In this document: in pieces, positions 1-9,530 of the stretch
Position numbering within the stretch: position 1 is the first letter of the stretch
How the letters are laid out: the number at the start of each line of letters is the position of its first letter
NCBI GenBank assembly: GCA_018304175.1
Contig: JAGVWT010000005.1
Location: forward strand, 1-16,986
From: Candidatus Pacearchaeota archaeon
Lineage (GTDB): Archaea > Nanobdellota > Nanobdellia > Pacearchaeales > GW2011-AR1
Direction: 5' to 3'
Length of the DNA: 16,986 bases
Notes under the pieces: generated by a model
Seen by the model: only the letters and a program-made list of their open reading frames with translations
The model's database searches: none
What the model was told of the DNA's origin: nothing
Position numbers and translations under genes: made by a program

Positions 1-75
1 TTTCAAAGGGTTGAAAATAATAAAGGTGAATTTGTTTATAAAATAAGTAAATCCATAAACTATTTTGCTCTTTAA
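1..75 (+). CDS. 3' end of a CDS truncated by the window edge (FQRVENNKGEFVYKISKSINYFAL*), product unknown
   Basis: Frame 1 is open from base 1 to TAA at 73-75, directly abutting the convergent NUDIX stop at 76-78. Confidence 0.5.
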   Translation, partial: FQRVENNKGEFVYKISKSINYFAL

Positions 76-522
76 CTAATCAACCAATTCTTCAAGTTTT
101 TCCAAAAACTTTTTTTGTGCAGGAAGTATTTTTTTCTTTGCTTCATTAATAGAAAAAAACTGTGCTTTATCAATTTCAGGAATTTTTATTTTCTTGCCTT
201 TGAAATCTATCGTAATAAAATTCTGTCTTAATAAAACAGGAGTTGAATCATTTCTAAAAGCCCACGCATGAACGATTTTCCCGGATTTTTGTTCAACACT
301 ATCCAGAGGTATAAAATCTCCTTCTGGTTTCATTCCTATTTCTTCTTCAAATTCTCTTTTCGCTGCTTCAAATAAATCTTCGTTTTCGTTCACTTCTCCT
401 TTTGGAATAGTCCATGAAGATTCATCTTTTTTCTCCCAAAAAGGACCGCCTGGATGAGCGAGAAAAACTTCCAGACCATTATTAATTTTAAACATCAATA
501 AACCTGATGATACTTTTGGCAT
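76..522 (-). CDS. NUDIX hydrolase (HPGGP-type subfamily, COG4119-like)
   Basis: Complete Nudix box G-EVNEN-E-DLFEAAK-REFEEEIG plus LAHPGGPFW motif. ATG at 522 (MPKVSSG) is preferred over the TTG at 531; TATA-like TTTTAAAG lies about 22 nt upstream. Confidence 0.9.
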   Translation of the reverse strand: MPKVSSGLLMFKINNGLEVFLAHPGGPFWEKKDESSWTIPKGEVNENEDLFEAAKREFEEEIGMKPEGDFIPLDSVEQKSGKIVHAWAFRNDSTPVLLRQNFITIDFKGKKIKIPEIDKAQFFSINEAKKKILPAQKKFLEKLEELVD

Positions 523-588
523 GATACACAAAGCCAGATGAACTTTAAAAACCTAAACCTTTTTTAATAAACTATTTCTCCAATTCTT

Positions 589-1794
589 ATGTCAAATCAA
601 ATACCAGAAATCAACGTCGGAATAGTGGGACATATAGACCACGGAAAAACAAGTTTTTTGAGTAAACTTACTGGAAAGTTCACAGATACTCATTCAGAAG
701 AATTGAAAAGAGGAATTACAATTAAACTCGGTTATGCAGATATGACCATATACAAATGCGGTAATGATCTTACAAACAAAGAAGTAAAGGGGGAAAATTG
801 CATTCCGTTTAGGTATGTGAGTTTTATAGACGCTCCGGGACACGAAATGCTTATGGCTACAATGCTTTCTGGAGCAGCAATTATCGACGCTGCTATTCTT
901 CTTATAGCGGCAAACGAAGGAATAAAACCGCAAACCAAAGAACACTTTACTGCATTGCAAGCCAAGAAAATAAAAAATATAATTATCGTCCAGAATAAAA
1001 TTGACTTAGTCACAAGGGAAAAAGCACTTGAAAACTACAATGAAATAAAGAAATTCATTAATGGAACTTTCGCTGAAAGCGCACCGATAATTCCTGTCTC
1101 GACATTACAAGAAATAAATATTGATAAAGTGATTGAAGAAATAGCGAAGCTCCCAATTCCCAAAAGGTCGCCTGAAAGTGAACCATTATTTTTAGTTGCG
1201 AGAAGTTTTGACATTAACAAACCAGGAACAAAAATAGACAATCTCAAGGGAGGAGTTCTTGGAGGAATATTAAAAAAGGGAAAATTAAAAATCGGCGATG
1301 AAATAGAAATAAAACCTGGATTAAGCATGAAAAAGGCGAATCAGCAATTTTATCAACCATTAACAACAAAAATTCTTTCTTTGCACAAAGGAAAAGACTC
1401 AGTAAATTCAGTTGAACCTGGGGCAAGCATTTCAATTGAAACTTCTCTCGACCCTTTTTTAACAAAAGCAGATTCTCTCACAGGATGTTTGGTTTCTAAA
1501 AAAGGAATTCTCCCGGAAATAACATACAAGATAAAAATAAAACCAGAAATCTTCAAAGAATTAATAGGAGTTGAAGAAAAACAAAAAATTGAGCCGTTAA
1601 AAGTTAAGGAAATGTTAATGTTAAGTGTAAATACTACAATAACAGTCGGTTCTGTGGAGAAGATAGAAAAAACCGGTGAAACAGAATTATCTCTTAACAT
1701 TCCTGTAATAGCCTTGAAGGGTGACAATTTAGGTATTGCACGAAATGTTAAAGGACATTGGAGATTAATTGGCTGGGGCGAAATAACGGGATAA
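589..1794 (+). CDS. eif2g: Translation initiation factor 2 subunit gamma (aIF2-gamma)
   Basis: GHIDHGKT (G1), EELKRGITIKLGYA, DAPGHE (G3), NKID (G4), RSFDINKPG, and C-terminal WRLIGWG. Confidence 0.97.
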   Translation: MSNQIPEINVGIVGHIDHGKTSFLSKLTGKFTDTHSEELKRGITIKLGYADMTIYKCGNDLTNKEVKGENCIPFRYVSFIDAPGHEMLMATMLSGAAIIDAAILLIAANEGIKPQTKEHFTALQAKKIKNIIIVQNKIDLVTREKALENYNEIKKFINGTFAESAPIIPVSTLQEINIDKVIEEIAKLPIPKRSPESEPLFLVARSFDINKPGTKIDNLKGGVLGGILKKGKLKIGDEIEIKPGLSMKKANQQFYQPLTTKILSLHKGKDSVNSVEPGASISIETSLDPFLTKADSLTGCLVSKKGILPEITYKIKIKPEIFKELIGVEEKQKIEPLKVKEMLMLSVNTTITVGSVEKIEKTGETELSLNIPVIALKGDNLGIARNVKGHWRLIGWGEITG

Positions 1795-1824
1795 ATTTTT
1801 AAAGCATTTTTCATTAAATAAAAT

Positions 1825-2766
1825 ATGAAAAAAGGGGTAAGTTTGTTTATTATTTCTTTTCTTTTAATAGGTATTTTAGCTGGCTTTCCTTTTGTTTTGG
1901 CTTTATATCACTCCAATTCTAATTCCAATTCCGGAAGTAATTCAGAAAATTCAGGCTCAACTAATTCTGGTGTTGATGATCCAGAAGAATCAAACGACGA
2001 AGAAGATGACGATAACTCTGGAAGCAATTCAGGCTCTGAAGACGGAGAAGGCATTAGCGGAAAAGATAAGGAAAAAGTAAAAGAAGAATTTAAGAGAGAA
2101 TTCATAACTGACGATGGCAAAAGGGTTGAAATAGAAAGAAAAATTGAAGTTGAAGACGGAAGAATAAAAATAGAAATTAGAAGAACAATAACTGATGAAA
2201 ATGGGAATAAGGTGGAAGTTAAAATAAAAATTGAAGAAAGAGCTGACGGAAAAAAAGTTGTTATGATAGAGGGGAAAGAAGAGTTTGATGTTGAAACAGA
2301 ACTGAAAATTGAGACCGATTTTGAAAATAATGAATCCGATTTAGAAGTCACAACCTCCGACGGAGTTAGGCATAAAGTGATAGTTCTCCCAGACAGGGCT
2401 TCAGAAGTTGCAATTGAAAAATTAAAATCAAAAAACTTTACAGTTGAATTAAAAGAAGTTACAGAGAGAAATATTCCGCGAGTTGTTTATAATATAGAAG
2501 CAAACAAACATGGAAGATTCCTTGGTGTCTTCAAGTTAAAAGTTAGGGTAGAAGGGCAAATAGACCCTGAAACAGGAGAAATTATTGGCGTTAGCAAACC
2601 ATGGTGGGCTTTCTTAGTTATAGGGGAAGACTCTGACCAAACAGAAACTGAAAGTGAAGAAAACAACACAGTTTCAAATGAACAACCTGTTCTTGGAGAA
2701 GAAGGGGAAGGTGTTGAAGAAATGATTGTTGAAGAAGAAAATGAAGAAGTAAATTCTACAGCTTAG
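1825..2766 (+). CDS. Secreted or membrane-anchored acidic protein with an S/N/D/E low-complexity linker and a C-terminal PepSY-like IDPETGE...KPWWAFL domain
   Basis: Basic-hydrophobic N-terminus (MKKGVSLFIISFLLIGILAGFPFVLA), low-complexity 1910-2050, short beta-strand-like segments, PWWAFL motif and acidic tail. TTTTAAAG about 21 nt upstream of ATG. Confidence 0.75.
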   Translation: MKKGVSLFIISFLLIGILAGFPFVLALYHSNSNSNSGSNSENSGSTNSGVDDPEESNDEEDDDNSGSNSGSEDGEGISGKDKEKVKEEFKREFITDDGKRVEIERKIEVEDGRIKIEIRRTITDENGNKVEVKIKIEERADGKKVVMIEGKEEFDVETELKIETDFENNESDLEVTTSDGVRHKVIVLPDRASEVAIEKLKSKNFTVELKEVTERNIPRVVYNIEANKHGRFLGVFKLKVRVEGQIDPETGEIIGVSKPWWAFLVIGEDSDQTETESEENNTVSNEQPVLGEEGEGVEEMIVEEENEEVNSTA

Positions 2767-2778
2767 ATAACTTATTAC

Positions 2779-2806
2779 AGTTAATTTTATTAATAATTAA
2801 CTTTTT
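2779..2806 (+). terminator. AT-rich hairpin plus T-run between the secreted protein and nuclease genes
   Basis: AGTTAATT-8 nt-AATTAACT perfect 8-bp inverted repeat followed by TTTT. It may overlap the nuclease TATA box. Confidence 0.35.
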
Positions 2807-2814
2807 AGGTTTTC

Positions 2815-3639
2815 ATGGAAGTTTATTCCCATTCAAGATTATCAACATTTGAACAATGTAAACTTAAATTCAAATTTCGTTACATTGATAAAATAATTCC
2901 TGATATAGAAAAAACAATTGAGTCACATCTTGGAAATTCAGTTCACAAAACCCTTGAATGGCTTTACAAAAACGTCAAGCAAAATAGGATTCCTGAAATA
3001 GATGAAGTTGTTTCTAATTATGCTAAAAATTGGAAAGAAGATTTTGAAGAAGACATTCCTATTGTGAGAAGAGACATGAATGTCAGCGATTACTTCAACA
3101 AAGGAATTAAGTTTTTGGTTAATTATTATTTGAATCACAAACCATTTGACGACAACACTATTGAAGTTGAGAAAGAAATACTGATTAACTTAGATGGGAA
3201 AGGAGAATACAAAATCCGCGGATTCATAGACAGGCTTTCTTACAATTTAAAGACTGGAGAATATGAAGTTCATGATTATAAAACTTCAAATAATCTTCCG
3301 AGCCAGGAAAAAATTGACAACGACAGGCAACTGGCTTTGTATTCAATCGCGATAAAGGAAATATTCGGTGAGGACAAAAAAGTCATTCTTGTTTGGCACT
3401 ATCTTTCATTCAACAAAAAAATTCACTCTAGAAGAACTGATGAGCAGCTTAAAAAATTAAAAACTGAGACACTAAATCTTATAAAAGAAATTGAATCAAC
3501 AGCTTCTTTCACACCGACGAAATCAGCGTTGTGTAATTGGTGTGAATACAAACCAATCTGCCCTGCTTGGGGAAACAAACCTCCTGCACGACAACTCACA
3601 TTGGAAGAATATTACAAAATTAAGGAGAAGAAAAGTTAG
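2815..3639 (+). CDS. PD-(D/E)XK nuclease, RecB/AddB/Cas4-like, with four-Cys Fe-S staple
   Basis: HSRLSTFEQC N-terminus, E..E, GFIDRL, DYKT catalytic motifs, QLALY, and C-terminal CNWCEYKPIC (Cx2Cx5C). Confidence 0.9.
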   Translation: MEVYSHSRLSTFEQCKLKFKFRYIDKIIPDIEKTIESHLGNSVHKTLEWLYKNVKQNRIPEIDEVVSNYAKNWKEDFEEDIPIVRRDMNVSDYFNKGIKFLVNYYLNHKPFDDNTIEVEKEILINLDGKGEYKIRGFIDRLSYNLKTGEYEVHDYKTSNNLPSQEKIDNDRQLALYSIAIKEIFGEDKKVILVWHYLSFNKKIHSRRTDEQLKKLKTETLNLIKEIESTASFTPTKSALCNWCEYKPICPAWGNKPPARQLTLEEYYKIKEKKS

Positions 3640-3797
3640 AAAATTGTATCGTTTCGTTTAGTTAATCTTACCAAAATTCATTTCATTCACAAACCCATCT
3701 AAAAAATTTTTAACATTAACTTAAGACATCATACCAACATTTTTTATAGTAGTTAACAGTTATCTAAATTAAAGCGAGCGACTTTGGAGCGAGAGTT
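3640..3797 (+). repeat. Partial copy A of a dispersed intergenic element
   Basis: TTAACAGTT..AAA..AGCGACTTTGGAGCGAGAGTT (3753-3797) aligns with TTAACAGTT..AAA..AGCGACTTCGAAGCGAAAGTT of copy C on the minus strand. TTAACATTAA at 3710-3719. Confidence 0.55.
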
Positions 3798-3801
3798 ATT
3801 T

Positions 3802-6243
3802 TCACCCCACACCATTTTCAACAACATCAACAACCCTTATCAAATCTGTGACATGATCGCCTTGTTGAAGCTTTACAATTTTTACTCCCTGTGCTGTACG
3901 TCCCATGACCCTTATGCTTTTCAAGTTTGTCCTGATAACAATTCCTTTCGCTGTTGTGATTATTATGCTGTCGTTTTGATTTGCAGATATTGTTTTCACA
4001 ACTTCTCCAGTTTTCTCTGAAACTTTGACATTGATTACTCCCTTTCCTCCGCGGGCTGTTTTTCTGTAGTTTTCAACAGCTGTTCTTTTTCCAAAACCAT
4101 TTTTTGAAATTGTCAAAACTTCTTTCGTGTCAATAATCTCAAGACTTACTACTTCATCATCTTTTTCCATTCTAATTCCCGTGACTCCATAACTTGCCCT
4201 TCCCATTTCACGAATATCGTCGCTGCTGAATCTTACTGCCTGCCCTTTTTTTGATGCGAGAAGAACTTCTTGTCCTTTACTAACAAGGTCTACTCCAATT
4301 AAAGAATCAGAATTATCTTCTGGAAGATTTATGGCTCTTATTCCTGAAGCTCTTGGATTTGCAAAATTGATTAACGGAATTTTCTTGACCATTCCTTTTT
4401 TCGTTGCCATGAATAAATTCCCATTAAATTTTTCAACTGCAATTACATTTGTTATGTTTTCATTCTTCAAACTTAGAAGATTGATTAATGCTTTTCCTTT
4501 TCCATATCTTTCTGCCTCAGGAATTTCATAAGTCTTCAGCCACAAAACTCTTCCGCGAGTTGTAAAGAACATTAAATAATTGTGTGTTGAGCATGTTATT
4601 ATTTGCTTCACGAAATCTCCTGTCGTTAATCCACTACCAATAACTCCTCTACCACCACGTTTCTGTTCTTTGTAACTTTTCAAATCCATTCTCTTTGTGT
4701 AACCTTTGTCAGTTATTGTAACAACAACTTCTTTTTTCTGCACCAGGTCTTTTTCAGATATTTCACTTATTCTCCCTACAACATTTGTTCTTCTGTTGTC
4801 GCCGTACTTTTTCCTTATTTCATTTACTTCTTTAACAACTATCTTCAAAACCTCTTTTATATCATCAAGTATTTTTTCAAATTCAGAAATTTTAACTTTT
4901 AGTTCTTCATACTCTTTTTTTAGCTTTTCCTGTTCAAGTGAAGTCAACTGTTGCAGTTTCGTTTCAAGAATTGCCTGCGCTTGCCTTTTAGTCAAATCAA
5001 AACTTTTTATTAAAATATCAGAAGCTTCTGCCGTGCCTTTCGCTTTTTTTATTATAGAAATTGCTTTATCTAAATCTTTTAACAAAATCCTAAGCCCTTC
5101 GACGATTTCTAGTCTTTCCTTAGCTTTTTGAAGCTCGTATTTTATCCTATTGGTTATAATTTTTTTCCTGTATTTTACATATTCTTCAATAATTTGTTTT
5201 AAGTTCAAAACCTTTGGCTGACCATTTACAAGAGTCAAAAAATTAGCGTTGAATGAATCTTGAAGTCTTGTGTATTTGTAAAGAGAATTTATTATAAATT
5301 TTGAATTTGCGTTTTTTTTCAATTCAAGCACAATGCGAATTTTTCCTTTTGCAGATTCGTCCCTTAAATCGGATATATCCAAGAGTTTTTTTGATTGAAT
5401 TAATTTTGCAATCTGTTCAATTAGAATGGTCTTATTTAGTGTATAAGGAATTTCAGTTATAACAACGTTATCTTTATTTTTTTCAGATTCAGTTGTTACC
5501 TTGCCACGCATTATCATTCTGCCCCTTCCATTCTTGTAAATGTCAATCATATCTCCTGTAACACTGCCTCCTGTTGGAAAATCAGGTCCTGTTATAATTT
5601 TACAAAGTTCTTCAATTGTAATGTCTTCTTTTTTTATGTATTCTACAATTGCGTCGCAAACTTCCGTCAAGTTATGGGGTGGGATATTTGTTGCCATTCC
5701 GACGGCAATTCCAGACGCTCCGTTAATAATAAAGTTTGGAAGTTTTCCTGGAAGCAAAACTGGCTCTTTCAATGTATTATCAAAATTTCCTACGAATTCA
5801 ACTGTATCTTTTTCTATGTCTTCTAGAAGTTCAGTGGAAATTTCATCGAGTTTTGCTTCAGTATATCTCATATGTGCGGGAGAATCTCCGTCAATACTTC
5901 CAAAGTTTCCCTGCCCGAAAACTAAGGGATATCTTAAAGACCAGTTCTGAGCCATTCTTACTAATGCATCGTAAATAGCTACATCTCCGTGTGGATGGAA
6001 CTTACCGATAACATCTCCGACGATTCTTGCAGATTTTCTTGTCTGACCTTTCTCCATTCCAAGAAGCTTCATTGCGTAAAGAATTCTTCTTTGAACTGGT
6101 TTCAAACCATCTTCAACAGCAGGTATCGCCCTTGAAACAATAACACTCATCGCGTAATCCAAATACGATTTTTTCATCTCTTCAGAAACTTCTGTGTTGA
6201 TTACTCCTTTTTCTTCTTCAAGATTTTCTTTTTCGTTTGTCAT
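3802..6243 (-). CDS. gyrA: DNA gyrase subunit A
   Basis: [27 protein letters not shown], catalytic HMRYTE, GyrA-box QKRGGRG and beta-pinwheel repeats. 813 aa with no intein-sized insertion. Confidence 0.98.
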   Translation of the reverse strand: MTNEKENLEEEKGVINTEVSEEMKKSYLDYAMSVIVSRAIPAVEDGLKPVQRRILYAMKLLGMEKGQTRKSARIVGDVIGKFHPHGDVAIYDALVRMAQNWSLRYPLVFGQGNFGSIDGDSPAHMRYTEAKLDEISTELLEDIEKDTVEFVGNFDNTLKEPVLLPGKLPNFIINGASGIAVGMATNIPPHNLTEVCDAIVEYIKKEDITIEELCKIITGPDFPTGGSVTGDMIDIYKNGRGRMIMRGKVTTESEKNKDNVVITEIPYTLNKTILIEQIAKLIQSKKLLDISDLRDESAKGKIRIVLELKKNANSKFIINSLYKYTRLQDSFNANFLTLVNGQPKVLNLKQIIEEYVKYRKKIITNRIKYELQKAKERLEIVEGLRILLKDLDKAISIIKKAKGTAEASDILIKSFDLTKRQAQAILETKLQQLTSLEQEKLKKEYEELKVKISEFEKILDDIKEVLKIVVKEVNEIRKKYGDNRRTNVVGRISEISEKDLVQKKEVVVTITDKGYTKRMDLKSYKEQKRGGRGVIGSGLTTGDFVKQIITCSTHNYLMFFTTRGRVLWLKTYEIPEAERYGKGKALINLLSLKNENITNVIAVEKFNGNLFMATKKGMVKKIPLINFANPRASGIRAINLPEDNSDSLIGVDLVSKGQEVLLASKKGQAVRFSSDDIREMGRASYGVTGIRMEKDDEVVSLEIIDTKEVLTISKNGFGKRTAVENYRKTARGGKGVINVKVSEKTGEVVKTISANQNDSIIITTAKGIVIRTNLKSIRVMGRTAQGVKIVKLQQGDHVTDLIRVVDVVENGVG

Positions 6244-6244
6244 T

Positions 6245-6631
6245 TTATATCATTCCTCTCCCTTCACATTGATTCATAAATTCACTGCCACCATATTCCA
6301 AATCTTGTTCATCAGGTAAATAAACAATATGCAAATCAATTCCTTTATCATCATTACAATATTGTGCTGATAAAAACCTGTGTTTTCCTAAACGAAATCC
6401 TATTATTTTAATTTCTCCAGAATTTTTTTTAGCTAATGAATATTCTTCTAATTTAACATTTTTTGGGGTTATCTTAGTCACGATATCTTCTTTGTCACCA
6501 ATTTCTATTCCTGTTTCAGATGGATAAAAAGTCATCCCATAATTTTCACATAAAACAACAAGCCTGTTTTTATCTCTACCAAAACCGATTGTTACTTCTT
6601 TTCCAATAATATTATCTAATTTACTTTTCAT
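6245..6631 (-). CDS. Hypothetical protein (128 aa) inside the gyrase operon
   Basis: Open frame packed 1 nt from each neighbour (TGA-A-ATG upstream, TAA-A-ATG downstream). No recognised motif. Confidence 0.75.
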   Translation of the reverse strand: MKSKLDNIIGKEVTIGFGRDKNRLVVLCENYGMTFYPSETGIEIGDKEDIVTKITPKNVKLEEYSLAKKNSGEIKIIGFRLGKHRFLSAQYCNDDKGIDLHIVYLPDEQDLEYGGSEFMNQCEGRGMI

Positions 6632-6632
6632 T

Positions 6633-6938
6633 TCAATTCACAGGCTCTCCTTTCTTGTCAAGATATTTCATGAATTCATCTTCAGTTAGCTCTTTTTCCT
6701 CGATGCTTTGTCCTATCCATTTGCATTTTTTACATTCCCATCCCTTACTGCCACGACCTTCCTCTCCCCCTAAAATAACTTTCACTTCATCACTTTGACA
6801 CTTTGGACATACTCTGAGCTTGAAAGTTTTTCCCCCTTTCTTTTTTGTTTTTATTCCTTCTTTCTTGTTATATTCTTCTTCAGAGTCATAACCTTCAAGT
6901 ATCCAGTTAGGTGTTTTTAACTTTGGTTTCTTAGGCAT
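6633..6938 (-). CDS. Basic zinc-ribbon protein (101 aa)
   Basis: CPKC...WECKKC and Lys-rich N-terminus. ATG at 6938 (MPKKPKLK) follows the upstream stop by 1 nt, so the track start at 7097, which overlaps the neighbour by 158 nt, is rejected. Confidence 0.8.
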   Translation of the reverse strand: MPKKPKLKTPNWILEGYDSEEEYNKKEGIKTKKKGGKTFKLRVCPKCQSDEVKVILGGEEGRGSKGWECKKCKWIGQSIEEKELTEDEFMKYLDKKGEPVN

Positions 6939-6939
6939 T

Positions 6940-7296
6940 TTAATTTCCGGCTTTTTCCTCCCATTTCTCTGTTTCAAAATTGAATTCATAAATAACTCCA
7001 GAGCATTCATATTTTGAGCATCCAAGCAAGACATTTGTTCTTTCATTGCCTTTTTTACAGATTCTTGATTCTGAGTCCAAAGTCCATGTTTCATCATTAC
7101 AGATTAACCTTTCTCTTTCAAAACATCTGCATTGGTTTTCATCATAAAAAGCAAAACTTTCATCATCCGTATAGTTTACGTCGCTGTTTTTCGCAAACAT
7201 TTCAGTGTATACAAACCCTGAAATGACAATTGCTATGGCTATAATCAAAATTGTTATTGCAATTATTACTTTTTTGTTTTTTTTACTGATTTTCAT
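6940..7296 (-). CDS. Single-pass membrane protein with a six-Cys extracytoplasmic domain (118 aa)
   Basis: MKISKKNKK followed by a hydrophobic stretch of about 20 aa, then CRC...C...C...C...C. Start lies 1 nt after the gyrB stop. Confidence 0.8.
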   Translation of the reverse strand: MKISKKNKKVIIAITILIIAIAIVISGFVYTEMFAKNSDVNYTDDESFAFYDENQCRCFERERLICNDETWTLDSESRICKKGNERTNVLLGCSKYECSGVIYEFNFETEKWEEKAGN

Positions 7297-7297
7297 T

Positions 7298-9196
7298 TTA
7301 TATGTCTAAATTAGCCTCCTTTGCATTTTCTGATATGAATGCTCTTCGTGCAGGAACATCTTCTCCCATAAGCATTGAAAAAGTGTGGTCTGCTTCAACA
7401 GCGTCTTCAATGAAAATTTTCTTGATTTTTCTTGTCTTTGGATTCATTGTAGTCTCCCAAAGTTGCTCAGATGACATTTCTCCAAGTCCTTTGAATCTTG
7501 TCACATTTGTTCCGCCAGTTTTCCCTTCTTTTTCAAGTATTTTTTTCAGTTCTTCATCTGAGTAAACATAAAAATCTTTTTGCCCCTTCCTTATTCTATA
7601 CAACGGGGGCATTGCTGCGTAAATGTTCCCGTTTTCAATTAGTTGAGGCATGAACCTGAAGAAAAAAGTTAGCAAAAGTGTTTTAATGTGTTCTCCATCG
7701 ACATCTGCATCCGCCATAATGATAACTTTGTTATATCTCAGTTTTTCCAAATTAAAACTCTCGCCAACGCCGGTTCCTACTGCAGTTATCAAATCTGCTA
7801 TGTGTTCCACAGAAAGTATTTTTGAAGGACTCGCCTTCTCAACATTTAAGATTTTTCCACGCAACGGAAGTATAGCTTGTATTTCTTTATTACGTGCCTG
7901 TTTCGCGCTACCTCCTGCAGAGTCTCCCTCAACAATGTAAATTTCCGTGCTGTCTGATTTTTTATTTGAACAATCTGCAAGTTTTCCGGGCATTCCTGAA
8001 ATTGAAAAAGCTGTTTTTCTTCTAACAAGGTCTTTTGCTTTTTTAGCTGCTAGTCTTGCTTTAGCAGCATCAAGAACTTTTAAGACAATTTTTTTAGCTA
8101 TTGTTGGATTTTCCTCAAAAAACTCAGAGAGTGTTGGTGTAACAATAGACTCAACAAGTCCTTTAACTTCTGAATTTCCGAGCTTTGTTTTTGTTTGTCC
8201 TTCAAACTGTGGCTCTGGAATCTTCAAGCTTATAATTGCAGTCAAACCTTCTCTTGTGTCATCACCCATTATTGAATTGTCTTTTATCATATTATTTTTT
8301 TTTGCATAATCATTTATTACCCTTGTCAAAGCGGTCTTGAAACCTGAAACATGCGTTCCTCCCTCGACTGTGTTTATTATATTTACAAAACCGAAAATGT
8401 TCTCATTGTAGCTGTCATTGTATTGAACTGCTATTTCAATGCTTGTGTCCTTTACATCTCTTTTGAAGTAAATTGGTTTGTGCAGAACTTCTTTAGACTT
8501 ATTAACCCACTTTATAAATTCAATTAAACCTCCTGAATAAAAAAACTCTTCTTTTTTGTTTTTTATTTTATCATTCAAAGTAATTTTCAATCCAGCATTA
8601 AGGAATGCAATCTCTCTCAACCTTGTTTCAAGATAACTGTAATCAAATTTTACTGTTGAGAAAATTTCTTCATCTGGCCAGAAAGTTACTTTTGTTCCAG
8701 TTTCATCTTCTTTTGTTTTTCCAATAACTTGGAGCTTTGTTTTTGAAATTCCACGAGAATATTCTTGACTGTGAATTTTTCCGTCCCTTTTTATTTCAAG
8801 AATTAATTTTTTTGATAACGCATTCACAACACTAATACCAACTCCATGCAATCCACCAGAAACTTTATATGATTCCTTGTTGAATTTTCCACCTGCATGG
8901 AGTTTCGTTAGAGCGACTTCTGCTGCAGAAATTTTATATTGTGGGTGATTTTCAGTGGGGATGCCACGTCCATCATCTTCAATCGTCGCACTTCCATCTT
9001 CATTCAGATAAATTTGTATGTTCTTACAATAACCTGCGAGTGCTTCATCAACAGAGTTATCAACAGTTTCCCAAATTAAATGATGTAATCCATCTTTGCT
9101 CGTAGAACCTATGTACATTGCAGGTCTTTTTCTTACTCCTTCAAGTCCTTCGAGAACAGTTATTGACTCTGCAGTATATTTTTTTTCAGTTGGCAT
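7298..9196 (-). CDS. gyrB: DNA gyrase subunit B (short form, 632 aa)
   Basis: EGVRKRPAMYIG, GGLHGVG, EGDSAGG, PLRGKILN, MADADVDG and RFKGLGEM motifs. Confidence 0.98.
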   Translation of the reverse strand: MPTEKKYTAESITVLEGLEGVRKRPAMYIGSTSKDGLHHLIWETVDNSVDEALAGYCKNIQIYLNEDGSATIEDDGRGIPTENHPQYKISAAEVALTKLHAGGKFNKESYKVSGGLHGVGISVVNALSKKLILEIKRDGKIHSQEYSRGISKTKLQVIGKTKEDETGTKVTFWPDEEIFSTVKFDYSYLETRLREIAFLNAGLKITLNDKIKNKKEEFFYSGGLIEFIKWVNKSKEVLHKPIYFKRDVKDTSIEIAVQYNDSYNENIFGFVNIINTVEGGTHVSGFKTALTRVINDYAKKNNMIKDNSIMGDDTREGLTAIISLKIPEPQFEGQTKTKLGNSEVKGLVESIVTPTLSEFFEENPTIAKKIVLKVLDAAKARLAAKKAKDLVRRKTAFSISGMPGKLADCSNKKSDSTEIYIVEGDSAGGSAKQARNKEIQAILPLRGKILNVEKASPSKILSVEHIADLITAVGTGVGESFNLEKLRYNKVIIMADADVDGEHIKTLLLTFFFRFMPQLIENGNIYAAMPPLYRIRKGQKDFYVYSDEELKKILEKEGKTGGTNVTRFKGLGEMSSEQLWETTMNPKTRKIKKIFIEDAVEADHTFSMLMGEDVPARRAFISENAKEANLDI

Positions 9197-9209
9197 TTTT
9201 TAGTTTTAT

Positions 9210-9286
9210 CGTCGGTAAAAATTTAATTTCCGATTTCTCCGTCGGTAAAGAAATCTTATCATAAAAAATGAAGCATTCTTTAAAAA
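9210..9286 (-). promoter_or_regulatory. gyrB promoter and structured 5' leader
   Basis: TATA-like TTTTTAAA at 9279-9286. Hairpin GATTTCT/AGAAATC (9232-9255) starts about 24 nt downstream. Direct repeat TTTACCGACG at 9240-9249 and 9210-9219. Confidence 0.55.
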
Positions 9287-9340
9287 GCTTGCTACCAAAA
9301 TTCAGCCTTTTCTGGGGTTAATATGGCTAAATTTGTAATA

Positions 9341-9529
9341 TTAACTTTTATTCTCGGTGTTTTCTTCTGACACTTTTTGCTTGCTAATCCATCTGACTTT
9401 TCTTCTATGCATAGCCATGTTTTTCCTGCATTTTCCAGAGCATAAATAGTTGGCTTTTCCTTTATTTGTAACAATAGTCACTCCTCTAGGAAATTCGTAA
9501 TTATTTCCACAATAAACACATTTCGGCAT
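9341..9529 (-). CDS. rpl24e: 50S ribosomal protein L24e
   Basis: CVYCG...G...CSGKC zinc motif and R.W tail, downstream of rps28e. Confidence 0.93.
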   Translation of the reverse strand: MPKCVYCGNNYEFPRGVTIVTNKGKANYLCSGKCRKNMAMHRRKVRWISKQKVSEENTENKS

Positions 9530-9530
9530 T

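Noticed and set aside
1900-2060. Short AATTCC/AATTCA-like tandem repeats
   Set aside because: Explained by the Ser/Asn/Gly low-complexity linker of the protein. There is no CRISPR-like repeat-spacer periodicity.
3802-9196. Inteins or introns in gyrA/gyrB, and topoisomerase IV identity
   Set aside because: Both lengths are normal, motifs are contiguous, and the GyrA-box supports gyrase.
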